Position numbers and translations under genes: made by a program
Notes under the pieces: generated by a model
Told to the model about the DNA's origin: nothing
What the model saw: only the letters and a program-made list of their open reading frames with translations
Database searches by the model: none
Source: a virus
Length of the DNA stretch: 11,397 nt
Virus record (IMG/VR): IMGVR_UViG_3300035701_000002
Direction: 5' to 3' (one strand)
Part shown: piece by piece, positions 1 through 6,325 of the stretch
How the letters are laid out: every line of letters starts with the position of its first letter
Position numbering within the stretch: position 1 is the stretch's first letter

Positions 1-721
1 CAGACATCAGGGCGAGGACGTCGACGTCGTTCATCGGAGGGGCGGAGGCGGCGAGCCAGCGAATGGCCTTCCCGACGCGGATGCGAGACGAGGCACGACC
101 GTCGGTGCAGTTTCCGGAGGTGTAGACCGTGAGTTTTTCCTCGACGGGAAGAGGACCGCAGGCGTTGAACGAAGAACGCATGATGCGGAGGGCGGCTTTG
201 AAGCAAGCCTTGTGGTCGGACACTAGGTCCTCACCTCCCCACCCGCTCTTCTTGTCATAGATGTACTCGAAGGTGTCGCCCTTCGGGCCAATCCTGATCG
301 GGGTCTTCCCGTTCACGGCCTGACCGAGCTGGACCTGCATGAGGCACCACGACTTCCCGCCGTCGCCCTTCGAGGCAGAGCCCTTTCCCTCGTCCACGTC
401 CTTCCGGAAGCCGCTCTCGGAGTCGGCGATCCCGAGCATCGTTGCCAGGGTCTTCGCACGCCCGTAGGGGCCGGGGAAGAGAGGGGCCTCGGACGGGTCG
501 TAGACGACCGAGATCGCGTCCCTGGCGATCTCCTTGTAGCGGGCCAGGCCGTCAGCCTCGGACTCCCTTGCGTCCTTGTACATGGACTTCCCGGGAGGGG
601 ACCACGACGACATGCGCGTGACGCACCAGTCCTCGAGGCTCTGAGGCATGCTGGCGGACGAGTCCCGCGCTCCGAGGAGGACGAGGACGAGGACGAGGGA
701 CAGGACTGCGAGTTTCTTCAT
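1..721 (-). CDS. Secreted lytic-transglycosylase-like protein; 5'-partial in window (start at 721, continues past the left edge)
   Basis: The reverse-strand frame is open from ATG (719-721) to position 1. The N-terminus MKKLAVLSLVLVLVLLGA is signal-peptide-like. A GGAGAC Shine-Dalgarno-like motif lies 5 nt upstream on the minus strand. An ESGF motif followed about 20 aa later by (C)LMQV resembles the catalytic Glu-Ser and GLMQ motifs of family-1 SLT domains. GC3 is high. The edge-truncated ORF is not in the supplied ORF track. Confidence 0.5.
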   Translation of the reverse strand, partial: MKKLAVLSLVLVLVLLGARDSSASMPQSLEDWCVTRMSSWSPPGKSMYKDARESEADGLARYKEIARDAISVVYDPSEAPLFPGPYGRAKTLATMLGIADSESGFRKDVDEGKGSASKGDGGKSWCLMQVQLGQAVNGKTPIRIGPKGDTFEYIYDKKSGWGGEDLVSDHKACFKAALRIMRSSFNACGPLPVEEKLTVYTSGNCTDGRASSRIRVGKAIRWLAASAPPMNDVDVLALMS

Positions 722-771
722 AGGAGTCTCCATGGTGTCGGACCGGAAACTAATTCACCCGGTCGTCTGGC

Positions 772-791
772 GTCCTCCCGTGCGGGAGGAC
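772..791. promoter_or_regulatory. 9+2+9 inverted repeat GTCCTCCCG-TG-CGGGAGGAC, about 50 nt upstream of the transglycosylase-like gene start
   Basis: The two arms are perfectly reverse-complementary, as read directly from the sequence. It lies in the 181-bp intergenic region between the gene starting at 721 (minus) and the stop of the 903..1214 minus-strand gene. It could be an operator or a hairpin. Confidence 0.3.
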
Positions 792-902
792 TCCCTCAGC
801 CATGATTCAACTTCACTGAGGGGAGCTAACACTACACCGGAAAGTTGCACACTAAAGCACGGTGCAGTATATCTGTCAAACGGGTCACGAGGCATGAAAC
901 TT

Positions 903-1214
903 TTAACGCGGGGCCGGCGTTAGCTCCAAGAACTGAGTGAGGCCCATCATGCCGGCCCTGGAAGTCGAGTAGCGAAGTATCCTGCGCGACACGACGTACG
1001 GGCCTGAAACCTTCCTGAACTTGCCCGGATCGGACGGGTTCTTCAGGGAAAGGTCGAACTCGATCTCCGTCCCTTCCTGCAACAAGGCCATGCTGCCGAC
1101 CCTGTACTCAAGATGCTTTGGGAGGTCCGTAAAGACGAAGATCGTCCGGACGTGTCCCGATTCCTGAGGCTGACCCGCACTGTCGATCACTACTTTATCC
1201 TCTTCACTGCCCAT
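903..1214 (-). CDS. Hypothetical protein, 103 aa
   Basis: It is in the ORF track. A GAGGGA Shine-Dalgarno-like motif lies 7 nt upstream of ATG (1212-1214) on the minus strand. Codon use is coding-like. I recognise no domain. Confidence 0.5.
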   Translation of the reverse strand: MGSEEDKVVIDSAGQPQESGHVRTIFVFTDLPKHLEYRVGSMALLQEGTEIEFDLSLKNPSDPGKFRKVSGPYVVSRRILRYSTSRAGMMGLTQFLELTPAPR

Positions 1215-1345
1215 ATCCTAATCCCTCGCCTCCGCTCCCTCTCCCTCTACTGACGCTCGCTTCGCTCGCTTGACTGTCTCTGCTAAAGCAGAGACGGGGA
1301 TCGAAGAGAGAGGAGAGAAGAAAAGGTTCTTCCGAAGAGAGGGGG
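1215..1345. repeat. Strand-asymmetric low-complexity tract: a polypyrimidine (CT-rich) run at 1215-1262 followed by a polypurine (GA-rich) run at 1296-1345, flanking a hairpin
   Basis: The sequence runs tcctaatccctcgcctccgctccctctccctctac ... gatcgaagagagaggagagaagaaaaggttcttccgaagagaggggg. It sits in the largest non-coding stretch in the window (1215-1601), between divergent genes. Confidence 0.5.
1274..1297. promoter_or_regulatory. Perfect hairpin/palindrome GTCTCTGC-taaa-GCAGAGAC (8-bp stem, extendable to about 10 bp), in a divergent intergenic region
   Basis: The arms at 1276-1283 and 1288-1295 are exact reverse complements with a 4-nt loop. No T-run follows, so an operator or RNA structure is more likely than an intrinsic terminator. 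Confidence 0.35.
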
Positions 1346-1453
1346 CCGGACTCGCCGGATACCTAGCTTCTCGGGCGGGTCCGGAGGGGCTCCGGGGTTC
1401 CGACCGTCTTCCTGGCTCAGTTCTTCCTAGTCTACGCTGCCGTCCCGGAGGAT

Positions 1454-1498
1454 CGGGGGAGAGGATCCCTGCTTCTGCTCCTTGGAGCCTCTCCCCCG
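1454..1498. promoter_or_regulatory. 11-bp inverted repeat CGGGGGAGAGG ... CCTCTCCCCCG with a 23-nt spacer, about 100 nt upstream of the 1602 gene
   Basis: The arms at 1454-1464 and 1488-1498 are exact reverse complements. It could be a transcription-factor site or a leader RNA structure for the operon beginning at 1602. Confidence 0.3.
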
Positions 1499-1601
1499 CC
1501 AGGATCAGAACGTAGTGTCCTGAACCCGCGGTCCGCGTCTCTGCGGTCGGACTCTACAGCGGAGAAGGCTCCTTGATGCACGTACATTGTAGGATAACGA
1601 C

Positions 1602-2336
1602 ATGAAAAAGGGTCCGAAGACGGGGCCCGGACTCCCCGCCGAGGCCGCCGAGGCCGTCGAGAGGTGCGTCGCGAGGATGGCGTCCAAGAAGGACGCTCCC
1701 TACTTCCGGCACTTTCTGACAGAGCTTGTGGCCAACAACGCCCTTCCGGCCGAGATCCTCGAACATGTGCCCGTCCCGGCGTCGGAGGTGGGTAAGACGA
1801 GGTTCGACCAGGTCTACGACGCCGCGATGGCCCTCGTTTTCCCCGGGTACAGGAGAGAGACCCTCGAGAGGCTCCTTGGGCCGCTCGAGGGTCGAGGGGG
1901 GAAGGTGTGGCGGGTTCTTCTCCCCGAGCGCTTCCGTATCGCCCACGTCCTGATCAGGGCCCGAAGCTTTCAGGAGGCCTTCTCCCTCGGATGCGACTAC
2001 GCCTGCCGGGCGTCCCTCCGGGCGTTCGGGAAGGTCCCTGTGGATCTGACGATAAGGGTCGTGTTCATGAGCGAGAGGGCCATACGCAGAATGCTGGACA
2101 TGCGCTGGGCCAACAAGCACAGAAAGCGACAGCAGCTCAAGCTCGTGGGGCGCGAGTTCACGGACAGGCAGGTGAACGGGGCCAGGCTCGTTGCGCTCGG
2201 GCATCCGAAGGACCCGAAGCACTCCGTGGTCAAGTACACGGAGAAGAAGGACCTGGACAAGGTCCGGAAGTCCCGCGGGATGACGCGCACCTCGTCGGTC
2301 GAGCACGAGTCGTACAGGGTCCCGAAGGAGCCGTAG
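1602..2336 (+). CDS. Hypothetical protein, 244 aa; first gene of the PurA-like operon
   Basis: The ORF has very high GC3. It stops with TAG 49 nt before the next gene, whose start carries a strong GGAGGAG Shine-Dalgarno motif, so co-transcription is likely. I recognise no domain. An internal alternative start (MASKK) is possible. Confidence 0.6.
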   Translation: MKKGPKTGPGLPAEAAEAVERCVARMASKKDAPYFRHFLTELVANNALPAEILEHVPVPASEVGKTRFDQVYDAAMALVFPGYRRETLERLLGPLEGRGGKVWRVLLPERFRIAHVLIRARSFQEAFSLGCDYACRASLRAFGKVPVDLTIRVVFMSERAIRRMLDMRWANKHRKRQQLKLVGREFTDRQVNGARLVALGHPKDPKHSVVKYTEKKDLDKVRKSRGMTRTSSVEHESYRVPKEP

Positions 2337-2385
2337 GGCCGACCGCTGTACTGTCCGTCATGAAAAGAACCTGTCGGAGGAGCAA

Positions 2386-3564
2386 ATGATCGAAGGTCGG
2401 ATGAACTTCATACTCGACGCTTTCTGGGGCTCGAGCGGCAAGGGGAAGACGTCGACGTGGCTCGCGGACCACCACAACGTGACGAACGTCTCGAGCTCGA
2501 ACTATCCGAACGCGGGCCATACGGCGCAGTTCGAGGACGGGACGAAGTTCGTGGCCAAGGCGATTCCGACGGCGGCCGTCCTGCGCAAGACTCGCGGCCT
2601 CGGGATGAGGTGCTTCATCTCCCCGGGATCCGGCTTCTCGCCGAAGCAGCTCCTGAAGGAGTGGGAGGAATGCGGCAGGCCGGACATGTTCGTCCACGAC
2701 CGTGCCAGCCTCGTGACCGAGGAGCACGCGGCCAGGGAGCGCGAGGGGTCCGAGTCGACCAAGCACATCGCGTCGACGATGCAGGGGTCCGGAACCGCCA
2801 TCGCGGACAAGGTCATGAGGAAGGCGGACGTCCAGCTCGCCGGCCACAACAGCGCATGGCTCGACGTCATCGCGGCGATGAGGCCGGAATCGTCCGACGA
2901 GATCAGGCGGAGGATTCAGGTCGTCCCGGCCATGGAGTTCAGGAACTTCGTCCACGGCGCGATCCGGGAGGGGAAGACCTGGCTTCACGAGGGATCCCAG
3001 GGCTACGCCCTCTCCATCGACCACGGGTCGCATTATCCGCACTGCACGAGCAGGAACTGCACGATCCAGGCGGCGATGGACCACATGGCGATCCCTCCCT
3101 CCATGGTCGGAGACGTATACCTCAACCTCAGGACTCACCCGATCCGGGTCGGGAACGTCGTGGAGGACGGCAGGCAGACTGGCTTCTCCGGAGGTTTTTA
3201 TCCGGACTGCCGGGAGATGACCTGGGAGCAGGTCGCGGCGGAGTCGGGAATGCCTCCGGCCGAGGCCGCGGAGCTTGCGGAGCGCGAGCGGACGACCGTG
3301 ACCAAGAGGATCAGGCGCGTCTGCACGTTCTCGTTCGAGGGCCTCCGAGACGCGGTCCGCGTGAACGGGGCGACGAAGCTCGTGCTGAACTTCATCCAGT
3401 ACGTGTGCTGGGAGGACAAGGGCCTCAAGGGCGGACGAGAGGCTTTCGAGAGCCTGTCAAGAAAGAGCCGCGAGTTCATCGACAAGGTCGAACGTGAGGC
3501 GAACCTTCCGGTCGTCCTCATCGGGACCGGACCGAACCACAACGAGATGATCGTCAGGGGGTGA
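2386..3564 (+). CDS. Adenylosuccinate synthetase family protein (PurA/PurZ-like), 392 aa, with a non-canonical P-loop and non-canonical GTP-specificity motif
   Basis: Family motifs seen in the translation: the P-loop GSSGKGK (canonical PurA has GDEGKGK); an exact NAGHT (catalytic His) at nt 2509-2523; EGSQGYALSIDHGSHYPHCTSRN (PurA has [22 protein letters not shown]) at nt 2989-3057; TKLV where PurA has TKLD (nt 3373-3384); and a C-terminal LIGTGPNHNEMI (PurA has ISTGPDRTETMI). A GGAGGAG Shine-Dalgarno motif lies 5 nt upstream. The TGA stop overlaps the GTG start of the next gene. Confidence 0.85.
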   Translation: MIEGRMNFILDAFWGSSGKGKTSTWLADHHNVTNVSSSNYPNAGHTAQFEDGTKFVAKAIPTAAVLRKTRGLGMRCFISPGSGFSPKQLLKEWEECGRPDMFVHDRASLVTEEHAAREREGSESTKHIASTMQGSGTAIADKVMRKADVQLAGHNSAWLDVIAAMRPESSDEIRRRIQVVPAMEFRNFVHGAIREGKTWLHEGSQGYALSIDHGSHYPHCTSRNCTIQAAMDHMAIPPSMVGDVYLNLRTHPIRVGNVVEDGRQTGFSGGFYPDCREMTWEQVAAESGMPPAEAAELAERERTTVTKRIRRVCTFSFEGLRDAVRVNGATKLVLNFIQYVCWEDKGLKGGREAFESLSRKSREFIDKVEREANLPVVLIGTGPNHNEMIVRG

Positions 3565-4040
3565 CCGTGGGCGGGGAGAAGAGCAAGCTCGTCCGTTTCT
3601 ACGAAGGTTCCGGGACGGACCATGCCGGGAGGAGCCTCAGGCAGATCTTGGCCTGGTCCGACGGCAGGCTGGAGTCAGTCCATGACTACATCCAGTGGCT
3701 GTTCCCGAACAGAAAGCCGAGCGACTTCAACCCGCACGCCCCGATCGTGACGCAGGACGACTCTGACGAGTTCAGGAGAAGGCCAGAGCTCCAGGGAGCC
3801 CTGTCAATGTCCGCGGACCGCATGGAGGCGTTCTACGACCTCGGGAGCACGAAGCCGTGGTGGGTAACCCCGTCCAACCACAACTATCTGAGGATAACCA
3901 GGGTCCTTCTCTCGCTGAAGGACCTGGGCCTCGAAGCGAGAGCCCTGTCCCTGTTTGAAAAGCTCTCGGACGTGTACACGGTGAACGTGGACGTGATTCC
4001 GTCGAAGACTGTGGCCCTCTGGATAAGTGCGATAGGATGA
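3561..4040 (+). CDS. OGFr N-terminal conserved-domain (opioid growth factor receptor-like) family protein, 159 aa
   Basis: The GTG start overlaps the PurA-like stop (GTGA). The motifs HDYIQWLFP(N)...NPHAP and HNYLRITRVLLSLKDLGLE match the human OGFR conserved region as I recall it (HSYIQWLFPLREPGVNWHAKP; NNLRITRILKSLGELGLE). GC3 is high. Confidence 0.7.
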   Translation: MTVGGEKSKLVRFYEGSGTDHAGRSLRQILAWSDGRLESVHDYIQWLFPNRKPSDFNPHAPIVTQDDSDEFRRRPELQGALSMSADRMEAFYDLGSTKPWWVTPSNHNYLRITRVLLSLKDLGLEARALSLFEKLSDVYTVNVDVIPSKTVALWISAIG

Positions 4041-4159
4041 AGAACCTCGACAAAGAGCCGGGTTTCTGGCTGACCGTCATCATGCTCGTCCCGCTCATCA
4101 TCGCCGTGGAGATCTTGCTCTTGTTCGAGAAGCGAGCTGCGTCCGGGAAGGCCCCATGA
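4037..4159 (+). CDS. Small single-pass membrane peptide, 40 aa (MKNLDKEPGFWLTVIMLVPLIIAVEILLLFEKRAASGKAP)
   Basis: It is not in the ORF track because it is too short. Its ATG overlaps the OGFr-like stop (ATGA) and its TGA overlaps the next ATG (ATGA). It has a hydrophobic core helix and coding-like GC3. It is one link in a chain of coupled genes. Confidence 0.5.
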   Translation: MKNLDKEPGFWLTVIMLVPLIIAVEILLLFEKRAASGKAP

Positions 4160-4416
4160 GCAAGGCCGACGGCGTCCCCGAGGTCTTCGGAGAGGGGGAC
4201 GTGACCATAGTGATGAGCTCGACGGGGACGCGTCTCTACCTAGGGACGATCCTCGTCGGATGCCTGGAGAAGGTTGAGGCTTCCGCGGGCCCTGACGGGA
4301 TGAGCCCGTCGCTCACAGTCACGTTCCCGAAGAGCCACGAGACGGCCATGTCGACGACGATAGAGGAGAACGCGAGGGTCCTCAGGGCCGCGGGTTGGGT
4401 CAGGGTCCTTCAGTAG
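4156..4416 (+). CDS. Hypothetical protein, 86 aa; last gene of the coupled operon
   Basis: It is in the ORF track. The ATG overlaps the upstream stop. It ends with TAG and overlaps the 3' end of the convergent 4400..4975 gene by 17 nt. Confidence 0.5.
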   Translation: MSKADGVPEVFGEGDVTIVMSSTGTRLYLGTILVGCLEKVEASAGPDGMSPSLTVTFPKSHETAMSTTIEENARVLRAAGWVRVLQ

Positions 4417-4975
4417 GCGGGTCGGATCTCCTCTTCCTCTTCAGGTGAATTCCGACCTGGTCCGGGTTCTCGACCATGTACTTGTGGCAAGAGTGGAAGT
4501 AGTCCGGGATGGGGTGGGCGGCGTCCTTCATCATCAGGGACTCGAACACGGTCCGTCCTCCGGAGGCGCCCCACATCCAGTCCTCGTCGATGGGGACGTC
4601 CGGGGACCTCTGGCTCCAGACGTTCCCGTACGGGAACATGAGGAGTATGAACTCTTTTTTGGAGAAGTGCGGGTTCGGCATGGGCACGAACTCCTCCTTC
4701 CTCTTGATCGACAGGAACACGCCGGGCGGCAGGACGACGCCCTCGGGGGTCGAGGTTACCCATCTCTTGATGGACATCCACTTAACCTCCGGCGTCTTGA
4801 CCCCGGTCTTCTTCCGGCAGGAAAGCGAGCAGTTGTAGAGCGCCGACGGAGAAAGGCCGCAAGTCCACGGACTGAAGTCGTCCGGGACTCCCCGGAAGAC
4901 ATGCATGGACCTGAAGAACGGTATCTTGATGGCCTCAACGGCCTGCTGTACTTTCTCAAGAACTTCTTTATCCAT
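4400..4975 (-). CDS. Hypothetical protein, 192 aa (Lys-rich; unknown function), divergent from the ThyX-like gene
   Basis: The ORF track extends to 5062, but the first ATG with an upstream GGAG is at 4973-4975 (MDKEVLEKVQQAVEAIK...). GC3 is high over the body. I recognise no domain. Confidence 0.6.
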   Translation of the reverse strand: MDKEVLEKVQQAVEAIKIPFFRSMHVFRGVPDDFSPWTCGLSPSALYNCSLSCRKKTGVKTPEVKWMSIKRWVTSTPEGVVLPPGVFLSIKRKEEFVPMPNPHFSKKEFILLMFPYGNVWSQRSPDVPIDEDWMWGASGGRTVFESLMMKDAAHPIPDYFHSCHKYMVENPDQVGIHLKRKRRSDPPTEGP

Positions 4976-4990
4976 CGGGAGAGCTCCGAA

Positions 4991-6325
4991 ATGGCAGATA
5001 CAAAGGTGGACGTGTTTTGCTTGACCGACGGCCTCGGTCAGGTTCTTCACCCTGCAGTGCAAGCTACTGTACTGGCGAAGTACTCGAGATCCCCGATGTC
5101 GGCGAGGGACATCGTCTCAGGCCTGACCCTCGAGGAGGCGGACAGGTTCCAGGACAAGTGGGTCGTCGGATACGGCCACTCGAGCGTGGCGGAGCTCGCC
5201 ACGATACCCCTCTGCTTCGAGGGGGTGTCTATCGTCGCGTCCAAATTCCTGGAGTCATGGCAGAGGCCAGGGTACTCGGAGAAAAGCACGAGGTACCAGG
5301 CTTTCTCCCGGGACTCGTTCGTGAGCCCTCCGGGAGCCCCGAGCACCATGAAGCACTTCGCCTCCAGGCTGTACGACGCCTACGAGAGCCTCCTTCCGAA
5401 GGTCTCCGCGATCGTCGCAGCGAAAACGGGCAAGGACAAGGACGACAGGACCGTGAAGGCCCGGGCGTTCGACAACGTCCGGTATCTTCTTCCGGCCGGT
5501 ACGGGGACGAACCTCGCATGGGTGGGGAACGCAAGGGACGTTCGGTACATGATCTCCTCCGCACTCGGATCGACGAACCCCGAGTTCAGGGCCATCGGGG
5601 AGGCCGCGTCGAAGGCCGTGTCCGAGCTATGTCCGGTGTTCGTGCGGGACGCCGAGCCGGACTCGTTCGAGCCTACGATTCGCTCTCTGGGGAAGACAAG
5701 TCCGAAGTTCGACTACAGGAATCCAAGCTGGTACGTGGACGTACACAGGCCGCACCTGATGCCATCCCCCGATCTCGTACAGAAGTCGTTCGAGTCCTCC
5801 TTGGCCGACATGTACGGGATGAGCTGGACGGCGTTCTGCAAGCACATGGACTCCCGGGGAAAAAGGGCGGTCCCCAGAATCTTCAGGACAGCACGGATCG
5901 CGTTCGACGTCATGATGGACTACGGGGCGTACCGCGATCTCCAGAGGCACCGCCGGTGCGAGCAGTACCCGGAGCCGCTGGCGGCCGGATACGGATATCT
6001 GGTCCCGGACGACATACTCGGGACAGACCTCGAGGCCGAGTATCGGGCTGCCATGGACTCAGTCCTGGCGTACGAGGACGAGACCGTCGTCCACGACGAA
6101 GACCTCATGCAGTACATGATACCCCTCGGATACCTCCACAGGTCGGTCTTCGAGATGGACCTGGCCGAGCTGTACTACCTGTCCGAACTGAGGACTCAGC
6201 CTCAGGGACACATATCGTACAGAAGGGTCGCGTACGGGATGTACTCCGAGGCGTCCGCACTGATCCCCGGCCTGATGCGATGGTGTCGCGCTATTCGTCC
6301 GGACGAGATAGGCGAGCACCGGTGA
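4991..6325 (+). CDS. Tandem (two-domain) ThyX-like flavin-dependent thymidylate synthase family protein, about 444 aa, with complementary degeneration of the catalytic motifs in the two halves
   Basis: The start ATG at 4991 is preceded by GGGAGAG. The N-terminus (KVDVF...LAKYSRS) resembles a ThyX N-terminus. The N-terminal half has GHSSVAEL (ThyX HxSVxEH-like, nt 5174-5197), SEKSTRY (the ThyX SxRY motif, nt 5285-5296) and NARDVRY (ThyX NxRxLxHF-like, nt 5528-5548), but it has SWQ where RHR is expected. The C-terminal half has ...YRDLQRHRR (the RHR motif, nt 5945-5956) and LRTQPQGHISYRRVA (ThyX C-terminal LR...H..EIR..A-like, nt 6188-6229), but it lacks SxRY. The ORF-track entry 4445..6325 is the same frame with a spurious 5' extension antisense to the 192-aa gene. 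Confidence 0.75.
   Translation: MADTKVDVFCLTDGLGQVLHPAVQATVLAKYSRSPMSARDIVSGLTLEEADRFQDKWVVGYGHSSVAELATIPLCFEGVSIVASKFLESWQRPGYSEKSTRYQAFSRDSFVSPPGAPSTMKHFASRLYDAYESLLPKVSAIVAAKTGKDKDDRTVKARAFDNVRYLLPAGTGTNLAWVGNARDVRYMISSALGSTNPEFRAIGEAASKAVSELCPVFVRDAEPDSFEPTIRSLGKTSPKFDYRNPSWYVDVHRPHLMPSPDLVQKSFESSLADMYGMSWTAFCKHMDSRGKRAVPRIFRTARIAFDVMMDYGAYRDLQRHRRCEQYPEPLAAGYGYLVPDDILGTDLEAEYRAAMDSVLAYEDETVVHDEDLMQYMIPLGYLHRSVFEMDLAELYYLSELRTQPQGHISYRRVAYGMYSEASALIPGLMRWCRAIRPDEIGEHR

Noticed and set aside
648-923. 91-aa plus-strand ORF spanning the 5' end of the transglycosylase-like gene and its intergenic region
   Set aside because: It overlaps the better-supported minus-strand gene start, and its translation is low-complexity and Arg-rich (RTRTRTRDR...).
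910-957. 8-bp inverted repeat GGGCCGGC ... GCCGGCCC with a 32-nt spacer
   Set aside because: It lies inside the coding sequence of the 903..1214 gene and has a long loop, so it is unlikely to be a terminator. It is probably a chance GC-rich complementarity.
1270-1515. 81-aa ORF inside the long intergenic region
   Set aside because: Its translation is driven by the GA-rich and CT-rich low-complexity tracts (runs of E, R and G), and it has no start context. I interpret the region as regulatory.
1215-1601. Possible tRNA or other small RNA gene in the large intergenic regions (also examined 6741-6920)
   Set aside because: I found no T-loop (GTTCGAATC or GTTCAAATC-like) or acceptor-stem and anticodon-arm arrangement. 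GGGGTTCCGACC at about 1392 does not fit a T-arm.
1554-2389. ORFs 1554..2306 (minus), 1726..1953 (plus), 1907..2389 (plus) and 1997..2290 (minus) overlapping the 244-aa gene
   Set aside because: The 1602..2336 frame has by far the strongest GC3 bias and a start context. The others are Arg/Pro/Gly-rich shadows.
2230-3138. 302-aa minus-strand ORF and the 346-aa plus-strand ORF 2457..3497, both overlapping the PurA-like gene
   Set aside because: They are antisense or alternative-frame shadow ORFs typical of high-GC DNA. Their translations are Arg/Gly/Pro-rich with no motifs, whereas the 2386..3564 frame carries unmistakable PurA-family motifs.
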